From positions 22,434 through 86,433 of IMG/VR virus record IMGVR_UViG_3300030330_000562: a DNA stretch of 64,000 bases; one strand, 5' to 3'. The notes below the pieces were generated by a model. It was not told where the DNA came from, did no database searches, and saw nothing but the letters and a program-made list of their open reading frames with translations. The position numbers and the translations under genes are program-made. Below, in pieces: positions 34,915-44,907 of this stretch; the first letter of the stretch is position 1, and each line of letters starts with the position of its first letter. Source of the DNA: a virus. Its lineage: Duplodnaviria > Caudoviricetes.

Positions 34915-35117
34915 AACTAGTCGTGAACAATACTTTAAAACCTTTCGTAAATAATCCAGAGTTGTATAATCCATTTCTGGAAGAGATAGTTATTAGAATA
35001 GATAAAGTTCATAAACGTCTTGAGCAGCTTAACGATATAGAAGAAGTATATCGTGCTCAAGGTGAGATACGTATGCTCAGATCAATGTTAAGACTTAGGG
35101 ATGATATTAATGGCTAA
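34911..35117 (+). CDS. Small portal-adjacent protein
   Basis: 68 aa, YRAQGEIR.LR motif. Confidence 0.65.
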   Translation: MKLVVNNTLKPFVNNPELYNPFLEEIVIRIDKVHKRLEQLNDIEEVYRAQGEIRMLRSMLRLRDDING

Positions 35118-38100
35118 TACAGCAGAACAGATGCATGAAATAGAGCATTTTAATCAAAATACAGATTCACCTAAAAACATTCAAGAACAGATGGGAGTAC
35201 TTGGTTATACTCCAGAAACAACAGATAAAAATTCATCTCGTATTCTGCCTCCCAATATTAGCTACCCTGCTCCTTTTCTTTCAAAAGATTCATCTAACAT
35301 TAAAGGTTTAACTTACGGAGAACTTATTGTTGATAATATACTATTTTTAGATAATAATTATGAAAGTAGTATAGAAGGTATTTATAATAAATTTAGTGAA
35401 GATAAAAAAGGTTTTTTAAAAGCACTGGGTCAAAGTATTTATGACTCAGCCAAAAAATTTATGTATGAACCCTCAAAAATACCAGGAACTGATACATATA
35501 TTCCTGCAGAATTATCAAGAGGACAAAAAGTTGGAGAGTTTGTTTTTGATTCTTTAAAAGATATAAAAGATGCAGTTGTAAGACTTTCTTCAGAAGATCT
35601 TGATGCTAGATTACAAAATATGTTTAATGTTAATTCTAAAGATGCAACTAACGAACAAGTATCTCAAGCTAGAGAGTCTGTTATCGTGGATACACTTGCT
35701 GCACTTGAACTTATACCTGCACTTGGGCCTACTGCAAAAGTTACAAAAGAAACAATATCTGGTGCTGTAAAGCTTGCAGATAGAGTTACAGTAAATCCAA
35801 GTGCATTAGGCACTATTGGGGGAAATTTTGCGTTAAGAACTCCTGGAGAAACTGGTAATTTTAAAAGAGCTATAGATTTTTTTAAGAAAAAAGGTGGTAC
35901 TGATCCTAATAATTTTAAAGATATAAATAGAAAAATGTACAATAAATTTGGTTGGTACATTAATCCTTCTGATGGACAATGGCGTTATCAAATATCAGAT
36001 AAGAATTCTAAATTAGACCTTAAAAATTTTAAAGTACAAATTAGAAATTTAGGTCTCAATGAAACTAAAACTTTAAAACTATCTGATATTTTAACACATG
36101 ATCAATTATTTAAAAGATACCCTCATCTAAAAAATATTAATGTTCAATTTGAAAATAGATTTAAAAACCCAATTACTGATGGCTTACCATCTTTAGGATC
36201 TTTTTCTGGGGGTGATAATCTAATAAAAATAAATGTAAATAAAGATAGAGGAGTTGACGTATCTAATCTAGGAAATAGTGCAAGTTTTAAAGCTACTTTA
36301 TTTCATGAAATACAACATGCAATACAAGAGTATGAAGGTTTTATTCCAGGCACAAGTACTATAAATATACCTATTGAAGTAACAAAAAAACATTCAACTA
36401 TGTTAGCTAATAATCTTGATTTTAATAGAAATCAAAGAAAAAAAATAATTGAAGAAATTGAGGGTTCTGCTTTAGAACACAAAATTAATACTGATACTTT
36501 ATTAGCACATTTTTTACAAGATAGGTATCTTAAAACAGGGGTAGTGTTATTTACAAGTGAAGACGAAGTAATAAAAAAGTTTGCTGATGCTGTAGAAAAA
36601 GTAGGTTTACCTCCTAATATATTTGATGTTCCACCAGGATCTAGTAAAGCGTTTTTAGATTTAAGTGATGATTTAAATAGATTAAGAAATAGTTTTTTAG
36701 ATGATGTAAAAACAAAAAAAGCAATAGGGTATATTGAAGATTTACTTTATAGAGGATCAGGTGGAGAGCTAGAAAGCACTGGAGTAGAGGTAGAACTTGA
36801 TAGTGCTCAAAATAAATTACGTTATCCTTTAGATGTAGAACAAGATATAATTAAGGCAAGAAAACTTGAAGATTTTGCAGGTAGTTTAGATGAAACAGCA
36901 CAACAAGCTCTAATTCCAGAAGATCCTGGCTATTATAGAAGACAAACTTATAGAAAAGCTAATCCAGGCGTAGTTGATGTAAAAGTTGATATTGATTTGA
37001 CTAAATATAAATATCATAAACTAGATCAAATTCCACCTGCAAAAGATTTAAATGATCCAGAATATTTAGCTTATCAAAAATTATCAAAAGAAAGTAGTGC
37101 TGTAAAACGTAGAGATGCACGTACTAAATTTCTTTTAGATAATATTATTAAAGATAACTCTCAGTTAAAAAAAGTAAAAAACCTTAAAAATGGAGATACT
37201 TTTTCTTATACACTTCCAAATGGAAAAACTGTAAAAGTAAAATTTGATAAGGTAAAAACACAAAAAATTAAACGTAGTGATTTAAGTGAAACAGATGATA
37301 CACTTATTATTAAAGATACTAGACCTAATAAATATAAAGAGGAAATGAGTGATTTTATCATACCATATGCACGTCTTGAAATTATTGATAGTGATGCACC
37401 AGACTTAGAAATTACAATACCTAATCTTATAAAAAATAGTGATCTAGTTAAAGACGGTAAAAATTTTAACCTATTAGATTTAGGGGATACTAGACCCGAA
37501 GAAGGTGCTTTTAGTAAAATAAAAAGTTTATTTGGATTTGCCGAAGGAGGCGACACAGTGAAACCAGAACCAAAACCAGAAACCAGACCTTTTCCTGATG
37601 TTAAACCACAGGCAAAACCTGACTCGGATGAATACAGAGGTCGTACTTATGATATATACTCTGTAGAAATTGATGGAATAGAAACAAATGTTATTGAGTT
37701 TAAAGACGGTAAAAAAATATCTGCACCTCAAATACGGCAAATGTTTGAAGAATATAAAAGTGCTTCAGAATCAATTCCAGGAAAACAAACTTCACAAGAA
37801 ATATCAAAATTTCTTGAGGATAATAATCCTACGTATGATGAGTTTATCAGACACTTTACTGCTAAAAGAATAAATAAAGGTGGACTGATAGGAGATCAAA
37901 TGGAAATGGCTTTTATGAACGAAGGTGGCCTAACAGATGACGGTATGGATGTAGATCCAGTATCAGGTAATGATATACCTTCAGGTTCTATGGCAGAAGA
38001 GGTACGAGATGATATACCTGCACAGTTGTCCGATGGTGAATATGTAGTTCCTGCTGATGTCGTAAGATACTACGGTGTCAAGTTCTTTGAAGATCTTAGA

Positions 38101-39414
38101 GATCAAGCTAAAATGGGTTTAGCTCAAATGGAGGCCGATGGTCGTATAGGTGGTGAGCCTGTACCTGCAGGTGGTCCAATAAATACTGAAGAGCTATCTC
38201 CAGAAGAGATGCAAGCTATACAAGAAATGATGGGTATGTCTGAGGGTGGTTCTGTAAATGCTTTGAAAACACAACAAGAGCTTCTTGAACAACCAGCTAA
38301 TAAAGCTGTAGGTAATCCACAAATGATGTATGGTGGTGGTCAAGTTAGAGGCTATCAAAACTCAAGTCTTGTTGCACAAGCAGAGTCTAATTTATTAGGT
38401 GGACAATCTCTATCTCAGGTTGAACAACAGATGCTATCTGCAGCAGGAAATAAACCTTATACAGGGCAACCTTTAGGTTTTTCCCTTTTTGGAGGTTCTA
38501 ACACTGGTGTAAAACAAGATCAATCTCAAACTTCTGCTTTTACTCCTATATTTTTATATAATAAAGCTGGTCAAAATAAATATGTAAGTAGTGAAAAAGA
38601 AAAAGCAAAGGCAATAGCTGATGGTTATACTATGACACTAGAGCAGTACAATATTTATAGATCACAATCTGGTGGTTCTGGTGGTAGTGGTGGTAGTAGT
38701 TCTACAGTAACAACAGGTGATGAAGATAAAGAAATAAAATCTTGGGGTCAAGCTGTAAATTGGAATAATGTAGATGATATTAAACAATTTGTAGCTCAGG
38801 CTGAAAGAGGTAATCTATCTGGTTCTGGTAGATTTTTAAGAGGTGCAGGTTTTGCAATTGCTGGATTACCAGGTGCAATGTTAGCAGGAGCATTTCAAAT
38901 TGGTAAGGGTTTAAATAGTATATACGATATGGAAGCTGCAAAAATTATTGCAGAGGCAAAAGGACATACCGAGTTAGCTACTGAAATACAAGAGGGTATA
39001 GATACTTACTTAAAAACTGCAGGTGATATTGCAAACTTTTTATATAAACCTGAAAGTAAAGCTGTTATGAGAAGAGTTGATGGGGTGTTTGCAGGAACTG
39101 GTTATGAAGATGTTAACTCATGGGCAGCAGGTACTAGAAGAACAATAGTTTCAGATTATAAAAAAGGCAAAGAATTTGATAGTAAAAAATCTAAACAAGC
39201 AGGAGATAAAAGAAAAAGAAAAGCTATGAAAGCTTTTAATAAATTACAGAAAAATAAAGATAGTTATATAGCAAGCTCATCTACTCCAGGTGAAACAGCA
39301 GATAATATATCTCAATTAGAAAAATCACTTTCAGCATCAGCACAAAATCCTTCTGGTACAATAAGTTTAAACAAAGGTGGATTGATGCAAAAAAAGAAAA
39401 AGGCAAAGAAATAA
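35101..39414 (+). CDS. Large polyvalent virion protein: LPD23-like domain, zincin HExxH, and a conserved LSDGEYVVPADVV domain
   Basis: GWY.NP.DGQWRYQISD, TLFHEIQHAIQ, DDIPAQLSDGEYVVPADVV.YYG, and six phi-x-x-GG motifs. Confidence 0.75.
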   Translation: MILMANTAEQMHEIEHFNQNTDSPKNIQEQMGVLGYTPETTDKNSSRILPPNISYPAPFLSKDSSNIKGLTYGELIVDNILFLDNNYESSIEGIYNKFSEDKKGFLKALGQSIYDSAKKFMYEPSKIPGTDTYIPAELSRGQKVGEFVFDSLKDIKDAVVRLSSEDLDARLQNMFNVNSKDATNEQVSQARESVIVDTLAALELIPALGPTAKVTKETISGAVKLADRVTVNPSALGTIGGNFALRTPGETGNFKRAIDFFKKKGGTDPNNFKDINRKMYNKFGWYINPSDGQWRYQISDKNSKLDLKNFKVQIRNLGLNETKTLKLSDILTHDQLFKRYPHLKNINVQFENRFKNPITDGLPSLGSFSGGDNLIKINVNKDRGVDVSNLGNSASFKATLFHEIQHAIQEYEGFIPGTSTINIPIEVTKKHSTMLANNLDFNRNQRKKIIEEIEGSALEHKINTDTLLAHFLQDRYLKTGVVLFTSEDEVIKKFADAVEKVGLPPNIFDVPPGSSKAFLDLSDDLNRLRNSFLDDVKTKKAIGYIEDLLYRGSGGELESTGVEVELDSAQNKLRYPLDVEQDIIKARKLEDFAGSLDETAQQALIPEDPGYYRRQTYRKANPGVVDVKVDIDLTKYKYHKLDQIPPAKDLNDPEYLAYQKLSKESSAVKRRDARTKFLLDNIIKDNSQLKKVKNLKNGDTFSYTLPNGKTVKVKFDKVKTQKIKRSDLSETDDTLIIKDTRPNKYKEEMSDFIIPYARLEIIDSDAPDLEITIPNLIKNSDLVKDGKNFNLLDLGDTRPEEGAFSKIKSLFGFAEGGDTVKPEPKPETRPFPDVKPQAKPDSDEYRGRTYDIYSVEIDGIETNVIEFKDGKKISAPQIRQMFEEYKSASESIPGKQTSQEISKFLEDNNPTYDEFIRHFTAKRINKGGLIGDQMEMAFMNEGGLTDDGMDVDPVSGNDIPSGSMAEEVRDDIPAQLSDGEYVVPADVVRYYGVKFFEDLRDQAKMGLAQMEADGRIGGEPVPAGGPINTEELSPEEMQAIQEMMGMSEGGSVNALKTQQELLEQPANKAVGNPQMMYGGGQVRGYQNSSLVAQAESNLLGGQSLSQVEQQMLSAAGNKPYTGQPLGFSLFGGSNTGVKQDQSQTSAFTPIFLYNKAGQNKYVSSEKEKAKAIADGYTMTLEQYNIYRSQSGGSGGSGGSSSTVTTGDEDKEIKSWGQAVNWNNVDDIKQFVAQAERGNLSGSGRFLRGAGFAIAGLPGAMLAGAFQIGKGLNSIYDMEAAKIIAEAKGHTELATEIQEGIDTYLKTAGDIANFLYKPESKAVMRRVDGVFAGTGYEDVNSWAAGTRRTIVSDYKKGKEFDSKKSKQAGDKRKRKAMKAFNKLQKNKDSYIASSSTPGETADNISQLEKSLSASAQNPSGTISLNKGGLMQKKKKAKK

Positions 39415-39417
39415 TAA

Positions 39418-39441
39418 GGCTACTCAGCTTCGGCTGACCCC
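39418..39441 (+). promoter_or_regulatory. cUUCGg hairpin with a CUAC/CC internal loop in the scaffold leader
   Basis: GG-CTAC-TCAGC-TTCG-GCTGA-CC-CC upstream of SD AGGAG. Confidence 0.65.
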
Positions 39442-39461
39442 AACATAAAAAGGAGAAAAAT

Positions 39462-40361
39462 ATGCCTGAATTAGCAGAAGTAGAAACACCAAAAACAGCA
39501 GGGTTTGTTGATAGAGGTTACAACTACGAAAAGAAGCGTAAGCAAATGGAAACGGAAGAAGAGGAGATTCGTAAACTTGAAGCTGAACAACGTGGAGAAA
39601 CAGACGAAGAACAGCAACCAGAAAAAGAAACTTCCAAAAAGAAAGAGACCGATACAGAAGCTAAAGAAGAAACGCTATCTGCTGAAGAAAAATCGTTTAA
39701 AAAGCGTTATGGCGATCTAAGACGCCATATGCAAGAAAAAGAAAAGGAATGGGAAGATAAGTTTAAAGCCTTTGAGAAACGATTAGAAAAAGAATCTATT
39801 GTACCACCTAAGTCTGATGAAGATATAGAAGAGTGGTCTAAAGAATATCCAGACGTAGCAGGTATAGTAGAAACTATTGCTGCTAAAAAAGCTCAAGAGA
39901 TGTTTAATAAAGCTGAAGCTCGTATGCAAGAGTTTGATAAAATTCAAACAGAAGCTGAAAGAACTAAGGCTGAAAGTATCATACGTAAATCACACGAAGA
40001 CTTTGATGATCTACGTGCATCTGATGAATTTCATAACTGGGTTGAAGAACAACCTAAATGGGTACAAGATGCACTGTACGAAAACTCAGATGATCCAGCC
40101 TCTGTAGTTCGTGTTATAGATCTATATAAAGTAGATAAAGGTCTAACTAAGAGTGCAAAGAAAGCAAAAGCTAAAGATGCAGCCTCTACAGTCACAAAAC
40201 GTAGTAAAACACAAGTAGATGTAGAAGATGCAAATGACGTAATTCGTGAGTCAGAAGTTGCTAAAATGTCCGATAAGGAATTTGAAGAAAAGTCTGACGA
40301 TATTAACAAAGCTATCCGTTCGGGTAAATTTGTTTACGATGTATCTGGCAAAGCTAGATAA
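39462..40361 (+). CDS. Capsid scaffolding protein
   Basis: Acidic coiled coil between the portal region and MCP, with KKRYGDLRR and a C-terminal I.KA.R.G motif. Confidence 0.8.
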   Translation: MPELAEVETPKTAGFVDRGYNYEKKRKQMETEEEEIRKLEAEQRGETDEEQQPEKETSKKKETDTEAKEETLSAEEKSFKKRYGDLRRHMQEKEKEWEDKFKAFEKRLEKESIVPPKSDEDIEEWSKEYPDVAGIVETIAAKKAQEMFNKAEARMQEFDKIQTEAERTKAESIIRKSHEDFDDLRASDEFHNWVEEQPKWVQDALYENSDDPASVVRVIDLYKVDKGLTKSAKKAKAKDAASTVTKRSKTQVDVEDANDVIRESEVAKMSDKEFEEKSDDINKAIRSGKFVYDVSGKAR

Positions 40362-40366
40362 AACTG

Positions 40367-40394
40367 TTGACAAATTAATTTTCAGCAGTATAAC
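40367..40394 (+). promoter_or_regulatory. Sigma70-type promoter for the capsid operon
   Basis: TTGACA-N16-TATAAC. Confidence 0.7.
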
Positions 40395-40601
40395 TATGGG
40401 TATGTTGACAAAAGCCTCTTTTTGACTACCTTTTGTCGCACCCAAATTCATAAAAAGTCTAAACTAAGAAGAACTACCTGGACAAGTATAGGCCCAGTGG
40501 TATTTGCTAGCGCAAGTAAGTATTAACTGCACCCTAGAAAACGTACAGCCCCTTTTAGATGTTTAAGCTTAATTCAAGCCAAATATCAGGAGGATTTTAT
40601 C
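40395..40601 (+). ncRNA. Candidate structured 5' leader RNA of the major capsid gene
   Basis: About 205 nt non-coding. Hairpin at 40398..40443 (GACAAAAG/CTTTTGTC) and a long rod at 40478..40548 (CTG/CAG, TAGG/CCTA, CAGT/ACTG, TATTTGC/GCAAGTA). Confidence 0.55.
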
Positions 40602-41675
40602 ATGGCTTTTACAACCGCAGGAGGATACGGTAACTTACCTAACGGTAATTTTTCCAGTGTCATATACTCCAAAAAAGTACAGCTTGCATTTCGCAAGAGT
40701 ACAGTAGTCGGTGATATCACTAATTCAGATTATTTTGGGGAGATTGCTGCCCAAGGTGATACAGTGAAAATCATCAAAGAACCTGAAATCTCAGTAAGCG
40801 CATACGCTCGTGGGACTCAGGTAAATGCACAAGATCTAGACGATGAGGATTTCTCTCTAGTCGTTGACAAAGCAAACTACTATGCTTTTAAAATTGACGA
40901 CATTGAAGAAGCTCACTCACACGTCAACTTCATGGATCTTGCTACCAACCGTGCAGCATATCGTTTAGCTGATCAGCATGACCAAGAAGTACTTGGTTAT
41001 CTATCAGGTTTTAAACAGTCTGCATTACATACCGATGCTGATACAGTCAATGACCAAGTAAATGGTACAAAAGCTGTAGCAAGCGCAGGTTCAGACGAAC
41101 TGCTTTCTTCAATGAAACTGAAGAAAGGTGACTTCGGTAACATCACAACAACTTCTGCAGGAGATCACTCAATTCCTGTAGCAGCACGTCTACCAGGTGC
41201 AACTGCGTTGCCAACAGCAACTGTTTCCCCTGCGATGATTATAAATCGTATGAAACGTTTGTTGGACCAACAACAAGTTGATTCACAAGGCAGATGGCTA
41301 GTTGTAGATCCAGTATTTATGGAAATCTTAGCAGATGAGGATTCTCGATTCTTAAATGCTGATTACGGTGAATCAGGTGCTCTACGCAACGGCCTAGTGC
41401 TAAACAACATGCATGGTTTTAGAATGTATGTTTCTTCAAACCTTCCTCACGTAGGTACAGGTTCAGGAACTTCAGGTTCTGCAAACCAGAATGCTAACTT
41501 TGGTGTGATTGTTGCAGGTCATGATTCTGCTGTTGCAACTGCAGAGCAGATCAGTAAGACTGAAACATATCGTGACCCTGACTCATTTGCAGACATTGTT
41601 CGTGGTATGCACCTATACGGCAGAAAGATTCTTCGTCCAGAAGCAATCGCAACTGCTAAATATAACGCAGCGTAA
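40602..41675 (+). CDS. Major capsid protein
   Basis: 357 aa after the scaffold gene, with GNF..VIYSKKV, GDTVKIIKEP and D.VRG.HLYG.KILRPE motifs of HK97-fold podoviral capsids. Confidence 0.92.
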   Translation: MAFTTAGGYGNLPNGNFSSVIYSKKVQLAFRKSTVVGDITNSDYFGEIAAQGDTVKIIKEPEISVSAYARGTQVNAQDLDDEDFSLVVDKANYYAFKIDDIEEAHSHVNFMDLATNRAAYRLADQHDQEVLGYLSGFKQSALHTDADTVNDQVNGTKAVASAGSDELLSSMKLKKGDFGNITTTSAGDHSIPVAARLPGATALPTATVSPAMIINRMKRLLDQQQVDSQGRWLVVDPVFMEILADEDSRFLNADYGESGALRNGLVLNNMHGFRMYVSSNLPHVGTGSGTSGSANQNANFGVIVAGHDSAVATAEQISKTETYRDPDSFADIVRGMHLYGRKILRPEAIATAKYNAA

Positions 41676-41689
41676 GGGGAGATTGAATT

Positions 41690-42181
41690 ATGGCTTTAGG
41701 TGATAATACACTTCAATCTGCTCGGGGAGTGAATAGCAACCCAGGTAGAAAACCCTACATGGTTCAAACTGTTTTGAATCTTGCAACTGCTTTGTCTGAC
41801 AAAGGTTCTGCTCTTGCAGCTTCTGATGTTATTCCAGTAATTGCTGTCAAAAAAGGAACTATGATCATTAATGCAGGTATCGAAGTTGATACTCAGTCTG
41901 ATGGTTCTACATTAACTCTAGATCTAGGAACAGGGGCAGATGCCGATTGTTTTGTAGATGGATTTGATGGAACATCTGCAGCAGGAGTTGTTGCTCAAAA
42001 TGCAGCAGCATATCAACCATTGATGACTACTGCGGATGACAACATTGACCTAACAATTGCTACACTATCTGGTGGTGCAGTTACTACAGGTAAGTTGCGC
42101 ATCTGGGCAGTTATGATGGACTGTACAGACATGGGTAAAGACGGTACTGCTCAAGAAGTAGATCGTGATACACTCGCATAA
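41690..42181 (+). CDS. Putative capsid decoration/cement protein
   Basis: 163 aa beta-rich protein directly after MCP. Confidence 0.55.
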   Translation: MALGDNTLQSARGVNSNPGRKPYMVQTVLNLATALSDKGSALAASDVIPVIAVKKGTMIINAGIEVDTQSDGSTLTLDLGTGADADCFVDGFDGTSAAGVVAQNAAAYQPLMTTADDNIDLTIATLSGGAVTTGKLRIWAVMMDCTDMGKDGTAQEVDRDTLA

Positions 42182-42188
42182 CTAACTT

Positions 42189-42213
42189 AAGGGGCAGGGC
42201 AACTTGCCCCTTT
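42189..42213 (+). terminator. Terminator after the capsid genes
   Basis: AAGGGGCAGG-GCAA-CTTGCCCCTT stem with a GNRA loop. Confidence 0.75.
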
Positions 42214-42224
42214 AACTTACTGAT

Positions 42225-42617
42225 ATGATACTTACAGCTAAAAATAAACATACAGAATGGGACATACGTGTTTTTAATTTAGATGAAGTATATTGGGAAT
42301 TAGATGAAGCTGCTAAAAGAGATTTAAAATTTTTAGAAGCTATAAAAAATAGCATAGATAATAAAGGGATGCTTTGGCCTCCGATAGTGTGGACACAAAA
42401 AACTTTTTTAAAGTATTTTGAAGATCAACCAAATAGACAAGATCCCATGAAAAGAGTAAACACAAATTTTATTTATCGTTGTGCAATAGGTAATAATAGA
42501 TTTAATTACGCAAAAGAAAATGGATATACACAAATAGAATGTGTATTTGTACCTAAATGGCAAGATAAAGATACAGTTTTAAAAATTACTCAAATGGAAT
42601 ATTGCGTAGATTTTTAA
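42225..42617 (+). CDS. ParB/sulfiredoxin-like domain protein
   Basis: SI...GML.PPIV...Y....GNNR..YA...GY..I.C pattern. Confidence 0.55.
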   Translation: MILTAKNKHTEWDIRVFNLDEVYWELDEAAKRDLKFLEAIKNSIDNKGMLWPPIVWTQKTFLKYFEDQPNRQDPMKRVNTNFIYRCAIGNNRFNYAKENGYTQIECVFVPKWQDKDTVLKITQMEYCVDF

Positions 42618-42636
42618 TAAAATAAGGTAGTTATTT

Positions 42637-43368
42637 ATGGCAACTTATATAACACTCGTAAATCAACTTCTTGTTCGTCTAAACGAAGTTACATTAGATA
42701 CAGCAGGTGATGGCTTTACTACGGTACGTAACGTTCAAGCACTGGCTAAAGACGCTATTAATAACTCTATTAGAAATATAGTACAGACAGGACAAGAGTT
42801 TCCATTTTTAAAAACAACTAATACACAAACATTGGCAGCAGGTACTAGGCAGTATGCTTTTCCTGCTGATTTTGCTTCTGTAGACTGGGATACTTTTTAT
42901 TTAAAAAAACTAGGGTCTGCAAATAATACACCCAGTTTTCTTCCTACAATATCTTTTGAAGAGTATACTCAAAGATTTCGTGGATTAGATGATGAAGGTG
43001 ATTCTGGATCTGGTATATCAGCACCAGAACGTGTATATCAAACGTTAGAAGCAAAGTTTGGTGTAACACCCGTTCCAGATAACAGCTATGAAATAGAATA
43101 TGTGTACTTTTCATTTCCTGCTGATCTGTCTGCTTTTAATGATACATCTGTAATACCTGATAGATTTAACCACGTTGTTATTGACGGTGCTATGATGTAC
43201 ATGATGAGATTTAGATCTAATGATCAAAGTGCCGCCATACATCAACAAAACTTTCAAGATGGTATACGATCTATGAGACGCATACTTATGGATGATCCAC
43301 TTGATGTTAGATCTACAGTAATACAAAGAAATAAAACATTTAGTAACACTATTAGTAGTATCATATAA
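42637..43368 (+). CDS. Tail adaptor (tail tubular protein A-like)
   Basis: 243 aa, MATY.TLVNQ.L.RLNE, GVTPVPD..YEI.Y. Confidence 0.75.
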   Translation: MATYITLVNQLLVRLNEVTLDTAGDGFTTVRNVQALAKDAINNSIRNIVQTGQEFPFLKTTNTQTLAAGTRQYAFPADFASVDWDTFYLKKLGSANNTPSFLPTISFEEYTQRFRGLDDEGDSGSGISAPERVYQTLEAKFGVTPVPDNSYEIEYVYFSFPADLSAFNDTSVIPDRFNHVVIDGAMMYMMRFRSNDQSAAIHQQNFQDGIRSMRRILMDDPLDVRSTVIQRNKTFSNTISSII

Positions 43369-44906
43369 TGCCAGAAAATTTAGCCTCATTTAAAGTCTTC
43401 TGTCAAGGTGGACTAAATACTAGTAGGGATGTGCTATCTCAGGGTGAAAATCAACCTGGATCTGCTACTGCACTTATTAATTATGAACCTGCTGTTACTG
43501 GTGGTTATAGAAAGATAAATGGATTTGCTAATAACTATGGCACGGTTACAGGCACAGGAAGTGTATTAGGCGTTTTTGTAGCAGACGGTATTAATGATGG
43601 TATACTTGCTTGTAGAAAACCTTCTTCAGGTAATAATTATTTACATAAATGGAATAATTCTACAAGTTCTTGGGATGCTGTAACTACCTCTGGTTCACCT
43701 ACTATGGTAGGTGTTAGTAAAGTTAGATTTTCTAAATATAATTTTGGATCGCCAAAAGTTGTTTTAACAGATGGTATAAATCCTGCAGCTACTTATGATG
43801 GTTCAACATACACGCAGATTACACACTCAGATGCACCAACAGATCCTAAGTTTTCTGCGATATTTCAAAACCACTTATTTTTAGCAGGTGATCCTGCACA
43901 TCCAACTAAATTATTTTTTAGTGCTCCATTAGCAGAAACAGATTTTGCGTCAGGTAACGGAGCAGGTGTAATAAATGTAGGTTTTCCTATAGTTGCAATT
44001 AAATCATTTAGAAACGAGCTGTTTATATTTGGCTCTACTAATATTAAAAAACTATCAGGTACTGCACTAGCTAATTTTGCAGTACAGACTGTTACAGATG
44101 ATCTTGGTTGTTTAGCTACAGATAGTGTTATAGAAATTGGTGGTGATCTATTATTTTTATCTCAAGATGGTCTACGTCCTATTGCAGGTACAGCAAAAAT
44201 TGGTGATGTTAATTTAGAAACTGTATCTAAAAATATTCAATCTATTTTTACAGATATTATTTTTGATATTGATCTTGAAGGTTTAAATGCAGTAGTAATT
44301 AGACAAAAAACACAATTTAGATACTTTTTTTCAGGTAGTGATACTCAAGGTATTATAGGTGGATTTAGACAAACACCAAATGGATTGCAGTTTGAATATA
44401 GTCAAATGTTAGGAATTACGGCTACTTGTGCAGCTAGTGGTTATATAGGTCAAAATGAATTTGTATTACATGGCACTTCAGATGGTAAAGTGCAGCAACA
44501 AGAAAGCGGTAATAGTTTTGCAGGAGATCCTATATTTAGTGTTTTTCAAACACCATTCTTTCATATGCAAGATCCAGAACAAAGAAAAATATTTTATAAT
44601 GTAGCTACGTATTTACGATCCGAAGGTGATAACTCAATAGTAATGTCAGCAGTGTATGACTATGAAGACGTAGATACACTAAATCCAACTAACTTTAATT
44701 TATCTACAACGGGAGCTGCAGCATTTTTTAATGAAGCACTTTATAACAGCACTGCAATATTTGATGGTAATCCATCGCCAGTTCAAAGAACTAATATATC
44801 AGGATCAGGCAAATCCGCATCTTTTAAATTCGTTACTAATGATTCCAGTGCATCACACAGTATACAGGGTCTAGTGATTACATTTGGAGTAGGAGACAGG
44901 TTATAA
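43368..44906 (+). CDS. Tail nozzle (tail tubular protein B-like, beta-propeller)
   Basis: 512 aa following the adaptor, with propeller-like repeats (LGC.A.DSV.EIGGD..FLS.DG.R). Confidence 0.75.
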   Translation: MPENLASFKVFCQGGLNTSRDVLSQGENQPGSATALINYEPAVTGGYRKINGFANNYGTVTGTGSVLGVFVADGINDGILACRKPSSGNNYLHKWNNSTSSWDAVTTSGSPTMVGVSKVRFSKYNFGSPKVVLTDGINPAATYDGSTYTQITHSDAPTDPKFSAIFQNHLFLAGDPAHPTKLFFSAPLAETDFASGNGAGVINVGFPIVAIKSFRNELFIFGSTNIKKLSGTALANFAVQTVTDDLGCLATDSVIEIGGDLLFLSQDGLRPIAGTAKIGDVNLETVSKNIQSIFTDIIFDIDLEGLNAVVIRQKTQFRYFFSGSDTQGIIGGFRQTPNGLQFEYSQMLGITATCAASGYIGQNEFVLHGTSDGKVQQQESGNSFAGDPIFSVFQTPFFHMQDPEQRKIFYNVATYLRSEGDNSIVMSAVYDYEDVDTLNPTNFNLSTTGAAAFFNEALYNSTAIFDGNPSPVQRTNISGSGKSASFKFVTNDSSASHSIQGLVITFGVGDRL

Positions 44907-44907
44907 C

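Noticed and set aside
41509-41703. Programmed frameshift extension of the major capsid protein
   Set aside because: No slippery heptamer near the MCP stop. The overlapping ORF looks incidental, and the next gene has its own SD.
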